Assembly (NCBI GenBank): GCA_963755915.1
Contig: CAVWLP010000002.1
Coordinates: 2,592,001 to 2,656,000 of the forward strand
Reading direction: 5' to 3'
Length of the DNA stretch: 64,000 nt
From: an uncultured Phycisphaerales bacterium
Lineage (GTDB): Bacteria > Planctomycetota > Phycisphaerae > Tepidisphaerales > Tepidisphaeraceae
Every line of letters starts with the position of its first letter. The first letter of the stretch is position 1. This document shows positions 53,822 through 63,484 of the stretch, in pieces. A program made the translations under genes and the position numbers. The notes below the pieces were generated by a model. That model was not told the origin of the DNA. It ran no database searches and saw only the letters and a list, made by a program, of their open reading frames with translations.

Positions 53822-55140
53822 CTAAAGCGCGCGGAATACCCGCTCCAATTTTTCGATGAGGAGATCGATTTCCTCCATCGTCACGCTCAATGTCGGACGG
53901 AGGCGGATGCTGTTCTTACCAGCGCCTAGCAGCAGAAGTGATTCTTTTTCGAGAGCGATGTCGAGCAGGGTGGATTTGGCGGCGGGGTTGTGGAGGCTGA
54001 AGCCCTGGTAGAGGCCGTAGCCGCGGGGGTTGAAGATGTCCCTGGGGAATTTGGCGACGAGGGAGTCTAGGCCGGCGCGGAGGCGGATGGTTTTTTCGGG
54101 GACTTGTTCGATGAGTTTTTCGCGGCGGATGATTTTGATTTCCTGGACGAAGCGGACCATGTCGGAGAGGGTTCCTCCCCAGGTGCTGTCGAGGACGCCG
54201 TGGTCGTCCATGGGGTAGAGCATATAGACGACACCGGTGCCGATTTTTTTGGCGGAGGCGACGGCCTGGGGCGGGTGGGGGAGATCGAACTGGTCGATAG
54301 CCCAGAAGGTTCCGCATTGGCCGCCGGCGGTTTGGACTTCGTCGAAGCCGAGGGAGGTTTGGTAGCGGTGGGCGAGTTCGCTGAGTTCGCGGAAGAAGCG
54401 GGGGAGGGCGATGCGATGGCCGCCGGCGCCCTGGAGGGGCTCGATAATGATGCCGGCGATTTCGTCGGGATATTTTTTCAGGATGGTCTCGATCGCAACA
54501 AGGCTCTGTTCGGCGGCGGATTCGTTTTCGAGGTCGGATCGGGAGGTGTCGATGAAGGGGAAGGGGACTTCGAGGTTGCCGGTGACGAAGCCGTGGAAAT
54601 CGCGGGTGATGATGGGATCGTGGGTGAGCTGGGTGACGTGGAGCGCAAAATGGTTCGGCCGTGAAAGGCCTGGTCGAAATGGATGAAGCGGCCGGCGACG
54701 GGGGTTTTACCGGCCTTTTTCAGCTTCTGGTGGTAGAGGTTGATGAAATATTTCATCATGTTCTCGACGGCTTCCGCGCCGGAATTGACGGCGTAAACTT
54801 CTAGCCGCGGGTTGCGCATCGATTTTGGGGCGAGGTCGTGAAGGAGGCGATAGAAATCGAGGCACTGGGGGGTGAGGAAGTCGGGGTTGGCGGTTTTATT
54901 GTTGGCGGCGAGGATGAGATTTTTGAGATAGTCCGGCTCGCTGAGGCCGGGGTGATTGTGGGCGATGAGTTTGGCGCCGAAGTAGCCGGCCCAGTCGAAG
55001 ATTTCACGGCCGTCGATGGTGGCGAGGAAAGAGCCGTGGGATTTTTCGAGGTCGAGGACGAAGGGGTAGGGCTCGGCGATGACGTATTTGGAGAGTTCGT
55101 CGAGCATTTGCTGGGTCTGATTGGGTGCGGCGGGTGGCAT
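53822..55140 (-). CDS. lat: Class-III PLP aminotransferase, L-lysine 6-aminotransferase-like; frameshifted
   Basis: VLDLEKSHGS, NKTANPD, SGAEAVEN, AFHGRT, EPLQGAGG, FDEVQT, STWGG and SIRLRP across three pieces. Confidence 0.7.
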
Positions 55141-55142
55141 AG

Positions 55143-56108
55143 TCAGATGATTCTATCGCGAAGGGGGGTGCTGGTTTGGAAGAGTTTGAGGTTTGCGAGG
55201 AAATGATCGACGACGCGGTCGAATTCGTCGGCGGAGCCGCCGGCGGTGTGGGGGGTGATGTGGCAGTTGGGGGTTTTCCAGAGAGCATGGTCGGGGGGAA
55301 GGGGTTCCGGGACGGTGACGTCGAGATAGGCGGCGGCGAGTTTGCCGGAATCAAGCGCGGCGATGAGGGCAGATTGGTCGACGGTGGTGCCGCGGCCGAT
55401 GTTGTAGAAGATCGCGCCCGGTTTCATCTTGGAGAAGCGGGTTGGGGTGAAGAAATTGTCGGTGGCGGGGGAGGAGGGGAGGATGTCGATGACGTGGTCG
55501 GCTTGGGGGAGGAGCTTGTCGATCATCGAGACGGGGTGGGTGGGGATGGGCTCATTGCCGCGCGGGGTTTGGCGGACCGCTGAGAGGTTCATGCGGAGGA
55601 GCATTAGAAGTTCGGTCAGGCGGCGGGCGATGGCGCCGAAGCCGATCAAAAGGGCGGATTGATTCGTCAGAAGACGCGAGCGGGCGCGGAGGTTTTCGAT
55701 GGGCCAGGCGCGGGGGCCAAGCTGGTTGGCGATTGCGTTGGGCAGGGCGCGGGCGTTGGCGAGCATGAAGGCGAGGACGTGCTGGGCGCAGGGTTCGTTG
55801 AAGACGGAGGAAGCGGTGGTGAAGATGGTGCCGCGCTGGGTGAGGGCGGCGCGGAGGTCGGGGCGGTCGTAGCGGGTGTAGCCGGCGGTGGTGAGCTGGA
55901 TCCATTTCAGGCGGTCGAGAGAGAGGAGCTGGGTGGGGTCGGGCTGGCCGAAGGCGATGTCGGCTTGAGGGAGGAGGGGGTCGGGGCCGGAGGCGGAGAG
56001 GTTGCCGGTGCGCTGGGGGGTGAAGAGGATTTTATTGGGGGCGGCGGATTGGATGAGGCGGGAATCGGTTTCGGGGGGGAGGTGGGCGTTGGTCCAGATG
56101 GTGAGCAT
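55143..56108 (-). CDS. D-2-hydroxyacid dehydrogenase
   Basis: IGFGAIA, MKPGAIFYNIGRG, YLDVTVPEPL and ITPHTAG motifs. Confidence 0.9.
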   Translation of the reverse strand: MLTIWTNAHLPPETDSRLIQSAAPNKILFTPQRTGNLSASGPDPLLPQADIAFGQPDPTQLLSLDRLKWIQLTTAGYTRYDRPDLRAALTQRGTIFTTASSVFNEPCAQHVLAFMLANARALPNAIANQLGPRAWPIENLRARSRLLTNQSALLIGFGAIARRLTELLMLLRMNLSAVRQTPRGNEPIPTHPVSMIDKLLPQADHVIDILPSSPATDNFFTPTRFSKMKPGAIFYNIGRGTTVDQSALIAALDSGKLAAAYLDVTVPEPLPPDHALWKTPNCHITPHTAGGSADEFDRVVDHFLANLKLFQTSTPLRDRII

Positions 56109-56190
56109 GGGGGGAGGATAACGCAAAAAATGTTAGCAGAGTATGATGGGAATGCCGATTGCCAAATGCCGAATGATGGAGGAAAAGTAG

Positions 56191-58498
56191 ATGACGGCGA
56201 TGCCGATTATGGTGGGGGTTTTGTGTGTGATGGCGATTGCGTATCGCTATTACAGTGCTTTTTTGGCGGCGCGGGTGGCGGTGCTGGATGATTCGCGGGT
56301 GACGCCGGCGGAAAAGTTTAATGATGGGCAGAATTTTCATCCTACGAGCAAGTGGGTTTTGTTTGGGCATCATTTTGCGGCGATCAGCGGGGCTGGGCCA
56401 CTGATTGGGCCGGTGTTGGCGGCGCAGTTTGGGTATCTGCCGGGGCTGCTTTGGATTGTGATCGGGGTTTGTCTGGCGGGGGCGGTGCAGGATTTTCTTG
56501 TGCTCTCCATGAGCATTCGGCGCGGGGAAGAGTTTGGCGCATATGGCGTATGAAGAGGTGGGGAGAGTCGCGGGGTGGGCGGCTATTTTGGCGATTGTTT
56601 TTATTTTGGTGATTGCGCTGGCGGGACTTGGGAGAGTCGTGGTGAATGCGCTGGGAGGGGGGACGGTGGTGATGCCGCCGGGGAGTGAGTTGGTGGGGCC
56701 GAGGATGAGCGATGTGAAGGGGGCGATTTTGACGGCGCGGGCGGGGACGGAACTGGTGTGGAATGGGGGGAAGTCGCGGGTGAAGTATGGGGAGCCGTTT
56801 GAGGTGAAGGGGAGCGGGTTTGCGGAGAGTGGGGGGGCGATTGTGCTGCCGGCGAAGGCGGTGAGGCTGGTGCCGGGGAGTCCGTGGGGGACGTTTACGA
56901 TCGCGTGCACGGTTCCGATTGCGCTGGGGGTGGGACTATATATGTATCGGATTCGCAAAGGGAAAGTTGTGGAGGCTTCGATTATTGGGGGCGTGCTGAC
57001 GCTGGCGGCGACGGTGTTTGGGGGGTGGGTGGCGGAACATGGGGTGGGGCGGTGGTTTAGTTTGAGCGGGACGGAGATTGTCTGGGCGATGGCGATTTAT
57101 GGGTTTGTGGCGAGCGTGTTGCCGGTGTGGTTGTTGCTGACGCCTCGGGATTATCTGAGTAGTTTTTTGAAGATCGGGACGATTGATTTGCTGGTGATAG
57201 GGACGATCATCGCGAATCCGAAGATGCAGGCGCCGATGTATAACGCGGTGTTTGCGGGAGGTGGGCCGGTGGTGGGGAGCGGGTCGGCGGCGGTGCCGGG
57301 GAGGATTTTTCCGTTTTTGTTCATCACGATCATGTGCGGGGCGATCAGTGGGTTTCATGCGCTGGTGAGCAGCGGGACTACGCCGAAGATGATTCGCAAG
57401 GAGAGCGATGCGCGGACGATTGGGTATGGGGCGATGCTTGTCGAGGGGCTGGTGGGGGTGGTGGCGATCATCGCGGCGGCGACGCTGCATCCGGGGGATT
57501 ATTATGCGATGAATATGGATTTGGCGAAGACGCCGGTGTTTCATGAGAAGCTGGTGCGGATCGGGGCGGATATCGATCATCTGAATGTTTACGACGATTA
57601 CACGCAGGAATCGCTGCGCGGGAGGACGGGCGGGGCGGTGACGCTGGCGGTGGGGATGGCGAATATTTTTGAGCAGGCGTGCGGGAAATTTGTGACGGCC
57701 GGGGGGAATGTGACACGGGCGCTTTGGAAGTACTGGTATCACTTCGCGATCATGTTTGAGGCGCTGTTTATCCTCACGACCATTGATGCGGGGACGCGGA
57801 TTGGACGATTTTTATTGCAGGAGATTTTTGGGCTGGTGAATCCGAAGTTTGGGAGGACGGACTGGTGGCCGGGGACGATCGTGAGCACGGGGCTGATCGT
57901 GGTTGGGTGGGCGTATTTCATTAATGCGGATTCGTTCGCCGCGATCTGGACAATGTTCGGGATCGCGAACCAGATGCTGGCGGTGATCGCGCTGGCGGTG
58001 GTGACGGTGATTTTGGCGCGGGAGGGGAAGAGGAAGTATCTGTGGGTGTCGGCAGCGCCGATGCTGCTGGTGGCGACGACGACCACCACCGCGGCGATGG
58101 AGATGTTGTATGGGGACCAGGTGACGATTTCGACGCAGCTTGCAAAAGATGTGGCGGATTATGCGGTGGTGACTTCGGCCGCGATCAGTGCGGGGCTGAT
58201 CGTGGCGATGGTGGTTTGTACGTATGTGATCGTGTGGTCGGGGATTTTGCGAGTGTGGGTGAAGGGGCGGGGGGTGGTGCCGGAGATTCGAGGGGAGGCG
58301 GCATTCTGGAAGGATTGCCGATTGCCGATTTCCAATTTCCGATTGAAGAAGAGGCGGTGCGAAGTGGGGAAATATGAGGGGGTTGCGCCTAGAATGGGTT
58401 TGCGAGCGTGGTGGCGAAAAATCGGCTCATCCGTCTTGTTGACATTGGTTTGGCGCGATTTATACTCTCCCCCCTTCCGAGCTTCCGGTACGCGCTGA
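56191..58498 (+). CDS. cstA: Carbon starvation protein CstA (peptide/pyruvate transporter family); frameshift near 56520, 3' end uncertain (58377 or 58498)
   Basis: [42 protein letters not shown] and [11 protein letters not shown] motifs. Confidence 0.92.
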
Positions 58499-58604
58499 AG
58501 AAGCGTTTTTTCCGGGAGGAATCGGTCGCGGACTTCGGCGAGCTCAGTCGAGCCGCGCTGCCGAGGGCGCTGGTGCAGCCCAGGTGGGCATCGCTGGGCG
58601 TCAC

Positions 58605-58676
58605 GCTGGCATAGCTCAGCGGCAGAGCGCCACCTTGGTAAGGTGGAGGTCCTGGGTTCAATCCCCAGTGCCAGCT
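58605..58676 (+). tRNA. tRNA-Thr(GGT)
   Basis: Acceptor stem GCTGGCA/TGCCAGC, anticodon arm CCACC-TTGGTAA-GGTGG, GTTCAAT T-loop; upstream of tuf. Confidence 0.95.
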
Positions 58677-58737
58677 TGCGAAGAAAAGTTATCGACAGGT
58701 TTCTTAAAAGGCTCTATAGATCTGGAGGTTTTAAGCC

Positions 58738-59937
58738 ATGGCCAAGGGTGAATTCAAACGTACGAAGCCGCACGTGAACGTCGGAACGATCGGTCACATC
58801 GACCACGGGAAGACGACTCTGACGGCGGCGCTGAGCGCGCGGGCGGCGGCGAGGTTCGGGATCGAGGCGAAGGACTATAAGTCGATCGCCAAGGGCGGAA
58901 CCGAGCGTGACGCGACCAAGACGGTCACGATTTCCGCGGCGCACGTGGAATATGAATCGGACAAGAGGCACTACGCGCACGTGGACTGTCCGGGTCACGC
59001 GGACTACATCAAGAACATGATCACCGGGGCTGCGCAGATGGACGGGGCGATCCTGGTCGTCTCCGCGGCGGACGGGCCGATGCCGCAGACGCGCGAGCAT
59101 ATTCTTCTGGCTCGGCAGGTGGGCGTGCCGAAGATCGTGGTGTTCCTTAACAAGATTGACCTTGGTCGACGATCCGGAGTTGCTGGAACTCGTCGATATG
59201 GAGATTCGGGAGCTGCTGACGAAGTATGGGTTCCCGGGTGACACGACGCCGATCATTCGCGGGTCGTCCCTTCCGGCGTATCAGAATCCGAAGGACGACA
59301 AGGCTTGCAAGCCGATCGACGATCTGGTGAAGGCGCTGGACGAGTATGTTCCGATTCCGCAGCGCGAGATCGACAAGCCATTTTTGATGCCGATCGAAGA
59401 CGTGTTCAGCATCAAGGGCCGCGGCACGGTCGGTACTGGGCGTATCGAGCGCGGGCGGGTGAAGATCGGTGAGACCGATTGAGATCGTCGGGCTGAAGCC
59501 GAATCGGAATACGGTCGTGACCGGCGTTGAGGCGTTTAATAAGACGCTGGATGAAGGTCAGGCGGGCGAGAACGTGGGCGTGCTTCTGCGAGGCGTTGAA
59601 AAGGACGATCTTGAGCGCGGCCAGGTTCTGGCGGCGCCGAAGAGCATCACGCCGCACACGAAGTTCGAGGCGGAAGTTTACATGCTGACGAAGGAAGAGG
59701 GAGGTCGGCATACGCCGTTCTTCAACGGATATCGTCCGCAGTTTTATTTCCGGACGACGGACGTGACCGGGACGCGCGAAGTTGAAAGGCGGAGCGGAAA
59801 TGGTGATGCCGGGCGACAACGTCACGATGGAAGTGGAATTGATGGCTCCGATCGCGATGGAAGAGAAGCTGCGTTTCGCGGTTCGCGAGGGCGGCAAGAC
59901 CGTTGGTTCGGGCGTGGTGACGAAGATTCTGGCGTAA
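58738..59937 (+). CDS. tuf: Elongation factor Tu (frameshifted in this sequence)
   Basis: [44 protein letters not shown] and [10 protein letters not shown] motifs. Confidence 0.98.
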
Positions 59938-60032
59938 AACGCCGGCCAATGTGGACCTGGCGTTGGAGCAAGATCGGTGGCCAGTGGATTGAGCTCCGCT
60001 GGCTGCTGATTTCTTAGAATGTGAGTTGATTT

Positions 60033-60197
60033 ATGGCAAAGAAAACCGCGAAATGGTGTGGCTGCAATGCACGGAGACGGGCGATCTGAACTACCGGACG
60101 GAATTGAAGGTGGTAGGCGGGTGCCCCCAAGATCGAGTTGAAGAAGTATTGCCGGCGACTGCGGAAACATACGTTGCATAAGATTAAGAGGAAGTAG
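60033..60197 (+). CDS. rpmG: 50S ribosomal protein L33 (frameshifted)
   Basis: REMVWLQCTETGDLNY...IELKKYCRRLRKHTLHK across frames; canonical position between tuf and secE. Confidence 0.85.
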
Positions 60198-60230
60198 CGG
60201 CAGAATGCTGGCCGCTAGCCTGCAAGCCTT

Positions 60231-60303
60231 ACGCCAGTAGCTCAATTGGCAGAGCAGCCGTCTCCAAAGCGGCAGGTTGGGGGTTCGATTCCCTCCTGGC
60301 GTG
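60231..60303 (+). tRNA. tRNA-Trp(CCA)
   Basis: Acceptor stem ACGCCAG/CTGGCGT, anticodon arm GCCGT-CTCCAAA-GCGGC, GTTCGAT T-loop. Confidence 0.95.
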
Positions 60304-60312
60304 TGAGATAAT

Positions 60313-60885
60313 ATGGAATCGACGAAGATAAAAGTCGAAAGACGCAATGAGCGAAGTGGAAGATTCAGGAAGGGCAGAACCCAAAGCCTTCGCACGCCCG
60401 CGCCGAGGCGCCGGATGCGGGCGGGGGATATTTCCATATATATAAGAAGGGGCAGGGATACTGGACGCGAATGGGGACGGTGGCGGCGGCGGGATTGCTG
60501 GGGCTGCTGACCGGGAATTTTCTCTATACGCAGAGCAGCGGTGGTTGTAGAGGACGGGGCGAGTCGCGGATTTCATGGCGAAGATTCATCTCCAGGATCC
60601 GCGCGGGGCGTATGTGCTGGTTCTGGTCTTTACGATTGTGTATTGCGTGCGGTTGCGTTTCACTTCATGAACAAGCCGACTAGCGTGGATTTTCTGATCG
60701 CCACCGACAGCGAGATGAAGAAAGTGAACTGGACGACCAAGAAGGAATTGATGGGGTCGACCAAGGTGGTGATCGGTTTTGTATTTGTGATGGCGCTGGT
60801 GTTGTTTTTTTATGACTTGTTCTTCCAGTTTTTGTTTTACGTTCTGGGAGTTTTAAAGACGCCCCCGTTTTTCCTGGGCCATTAG
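60313..60885 (+). CDS. secE: Preprotein translocase SecE (long multi-TM form; frameshifted)
   Basis: IYKKGQGYWTR and VDFLIATDSEMKKVNWTTKKELMGSTKVV; lies between tRNA-Trp and nusG. Confidence 0.85.
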
Positions 60886-60914
60886 AATCGGGCCATTAGA
60901 ATCGAGTTTGGGAT

Positions 60915-61460
60915 ATGCAATTTTTCGTCTTGAGAGTGGCGAGCAATAAAGAAGACCGGGTGCGTGAATCGCTTGCGCGGAAGGTGAAGATCGAAGGGCT
61001 GGAATCGCAGGTGGGGAGGATACTCGTACCGGTGGAGCGGGTGCGGCAGATCAAGGACGGCAAGCGCCGCGACACGGACCGGAAGCTTTATCCCGGGTAT
61101 GTGTTCATCGAGCTGGAGCTGGATAAGAACGGGATGATCCCGGAAAAAGTCTGGTTCATGATCAAGGAGACGGATGGGGTGGGGGATTTCATCGGGTCGA
61201 ACGGGAAGCCGACGCCGATGAGCCCGAAGGACCAGGCGAAGATGCTGGAAGAGGCGGAACGTCCGGACGACAGCGGGCCGACGATTCAGACGTCGTATAA
61301 GAGAGGGGACCGGATCAAGGTGACGGAAGGGCCGTTCGTGAATTTCGAGGGGGATGTGGATGAGATCATCGCGGACAAGGGGATGGTGAGGATCATCGCG
61401 ACGATATTCGGGCGGCCTACGCCGCTGGAACTGGAATACTGGCAGATTGAGAAAATTTAA
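60915..61460 (+). CDS. nusG: Transcription termination/antitermination factor NusG
   Basis: KLYPGYVFI and KOW motif GDRIKVTEGPFVNFEG...IFGRPTPLEL. Confidence 0.97.
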   Translation: MQFFVLRVASNKEDRVRESLARKVKIEGLESQVGRILVPVERVRQIKDGKRRDTDRKLYPGYVFIELELDKNGMIPEKVWFMIKETDGVGDFIGSNGKPTPMSPKDQAKMLEEAERPDDSGPTIQTSYKRGDRIKVTEGPFVNFEGDVDEIIADKGMVRIIATIFGRPTPLELEYWQIEKI

Positions 61461-61472
61461 GCGGAGTTAGTC

Positions 61473-61902
61473 ATGGCGAAGAAAGAGATAACGGTACAGT
61501 TTAAGTTGCAGGCGCCTGGCGGGACGGCTACGCCTGCGCCGCCGATCGGGCCGGCGCTGGGCCAGCATGGCGTGAACCCGGGGCAGTTTATTCAGCGGTT
61601 TAATGCGATGTCGGCGCACCTCAAGGGGAAAGTCATTGGATGCCTGGTGACGGTGTACAAGGATCGCACGTTTGATATTGAGCTGAAGAGCCCGCCGGCG
61701 AGCGTGCTGCTGAAGGACGCGGTGAAGGCGGAGAAGGGGAGCGGGGAGCCGAATAAGAATAAGATCGGCAAGGTGACGATGGCACAGTGCAAGGCGATCG
61801 CGAAGGAGAAGGGGAAGGATCTGAACGCGTTTGATGAGGAGCATGCGGCGCAGGATTATCGCGGGGACGGCGCGGAGTATGGGGATTGTGGTGGAGGGGT
61901 AA
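61473..61902 (+). CDS. rplK: 50S ribosomal protein L11 (frameshift near 61850)
   Basis: ATPAPPIGPALGQHGVN; C-terminus IAGTARSMGIVVEG* in another frame. Confidence 0.97.
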
Positions 61903-61920
61903 TGTTTTTCCCCCTCTTTC

Positions 61921-61960
61921 CCCCTCGCCCGGTACTCCGGGAGAGGGTTGGGGTGAGGGC
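61921..61960. repeat. REP-like palindromic element
   Basis: CCCTCGCCCGG-tact-CCGGGAGAGGG followed by TTGGGGTGAGGG; the reverse strand reads PHPNPLP, a common interspersed repeat type. Confidence 0.65.
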
Positions 61961-61965
61961 CAGCA

Positions 61966-62295
61966 ATGAACATATCGTCACGAACCCCGGAAGGAGAGCC
62001 CGGGCTTTGCCCGATTTGCGGGGCCTTTGCACAGATTGAGCCGAGCTTGTTCTTTGGGGATGCTCCCTGTCCGGCGTGCGGATCGCTGTTGTGGTTTGTG
62101 AGGCTTGGGCCTCAGGTCTTGGTGTTTTGGCCGAGCCACGAATCGCGACGGAAGGGATTGACGAGATTTCTAGCCGAGCGCTTGGGGGTGGGTGAATCGC
62201 AAGTGGGGGCTCATATCGAGTCGCTTGGTAGCGAAGACTTGGATTCCTTGGAATTGGTTGAGCTGATTATAGAATTAGAGGAATCGCCAGAATAG
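61966..62295 (+). CDS. Zn-ribbon + acyl-carrier-protein-like small protein
   Basis: CPIC...CPAC.SLLW, then LAERLGV...DLDSLELVELIIELEE (ACP Ser motif). Confidence 0.7.
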   Translation: MNISSRTPEGEPGLCPICGAFAQIEPSLFFGDAPCPACGSLLWFVRLGPQVLVFWPSHESRRKGLTRFLAERLGVGESQVGAHIESLGSEDLDSLELVELIIELEESPE

Positions 62296-62358
62296 GAGCC
62301 GCATTTACTCCCGCACCCAGTATTCGCGGAGAACCCAATTGTTTTAGGTCGTGAACCG

Positions 62359-63246
62359 ATGCTTCAGAACGAGATCAAAATCACCAGTACGCTTACACTG
62401 AGCGAGTGTGGCTATGACGAGTTCTGGCTTCGAGACCGAATATACGAAGATCCAAGTATCCTGGGGCTTGGCGAGCTGCAGTCAGTCGCGAAAGAACTTA
62501 CACAAACGGCAGGCGGACGACTTGATCTTCTTCTGAAGGACCCTACGGACGACTCTATGTTCGAAGTCGAACTCCAGTTGGGTCCCACAAATGAAACTCA
62601 TATCATTCGGGCAATTGAGTACTGGGACAATGTAAAGAAGCAATGGCCAAGACGCAGCCACACCGCGGTTTTGGTCGCGGAGGAGATTACCGCCCGATTC
62701 TTTAATGTTGTTCATTTGCTCAGCATGGCGGTTCCCGTTATCGGTATTCAAGCCAATATCGTGCAGGTCGGCGATGCGAAGGCGCTCCATTTTACAAAGG
62801 TCATCGACTCCTACGAGGAGCAGGAGGAACAAGAGCCAGTGCAGCAGACCTACGACGAGAAGCACTGGGTTGACAACTACCCGGGAACACTCGAGTGCGC
62901 CAGATGGTATCGTGAGCTCTTGCAGCGATTTTATGGCGAGATTCCGACGAAGTATTTTGAATCCTACATATCCCTAACTCTCGGCGGAATTGCGCGAGTC
63001 TGGGTGAACAAGCGGAAGAACGACAGGGCTTTAATTGAGGTCAAATACGTGGGACAAGACATCAAAGAAGCGACAGATTACCTGAATAAACAGGGAATCG
63101 CGTTCGCGACGAGGGGCACAAAACATCTCAGTTTCAATGTCAACCTACAGCAATTGAAAGACAAGAAAACCGTACATGAGTGGATAGCGCAGAAACTTGC
63201 GCCCGCCTATCTCACACAAACGATTAGCCAGGGAGGGGGGGGGTAA
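62359..63246 (+). CDS. PD-(D/E)XK endonuclease-like (NucS/DUF91-like) protein
   Basis: E.WL..., GRLDLLL, FEVELQ, HIIRAIEYW and AVLVAEEI pattern; lower GC than its neighbours. Confidence 0.6.
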   Translation: MLQNEIKITSTLTLSECGYDEFWLRDRIYEDPSILGLGELQSVAKELTQTAGGRLDLLLKDPTDDSMFEVELQLGPTNETHIIRAIEYWDNVKKQWPRRSHTAVLVAEEITARFFNVVHLLSMAVPVIGIQANIVQVGDAKALHFTKVIDSYEEQEEQEPVQQTYDEKHWVDNYPGTLECARWYRELLQRFYGEIPTKYFESYISLTLGGIARVWVNKRKNDRALIEVKYVGQDIKEATDYLNKQGIAFATRGTKHLSFNVNLQQLKDKKTVHEWIAQKLAPAYLTQTISQGGGG

Positions 63247-63360
63247 ATGAGACTTTCTGGGACACATTGGGACATTTTACAGAAAAGTGTCCTTCAGGAT
63301 GCTCAGAACGCGGTGATACTAAAGCTTAAAATACAAATTGTCCAATCGATCCTTCACCGC

Positions 63361-63389
63361 TTGGAAATGCAACCCCCTTTGAGTATAAT
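63361..63389 (+). promoter_or_regulatory. Sigma70-type promoter for rplA
   Basis: TTGGAA-N17-TATAAT, 92 nt before the rplA ATG. Confidence 0.6.
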
Positions 63390-63429
63390 CCCTGTTCTTT
63401 GATTTAAGGCCGGACCACGGGCCGTAACA

Positions 63430-63484
63430 GTGGGAGCTTCAGCGGGTGGCTTTTAACCGCTGTTCAGGAGCGAATGAAGACATG
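63430..63484 (+). promoter_or_regulatory. Putative L1 autoregulatory leader
   Basis: GTGGGA-GCTTC-[AGCGG..CCGCT hairpin]-GGAGC-GAATGAAGAC resembles the GGGAG/GAA internal loop of L1-binding RNAs and overlaps the SD. Confidence 0.5.

Noticed and set aside
55300-55318. VPEP in the D-2-hydroxyacid dehydrogenase as a PEP-CTERM signal
   Set aside because: It is the internal DVxxxEP catalytic motif, with no TM helix or basic tail.
60876-60904. 14-bp tandem duplication GGGCCATTAGAATC at the secE stop
   Set aside because: Only two copies, no coding effect; simple slippage or assembly artefact.
63247-63280. TGGGACAC/TGGGACAT short direct repeat after the nuclease gene (similar to CGGACAT repeats near 8955)
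   Set aside because: Too short to support an operator or element-end call without genome-wide counts.
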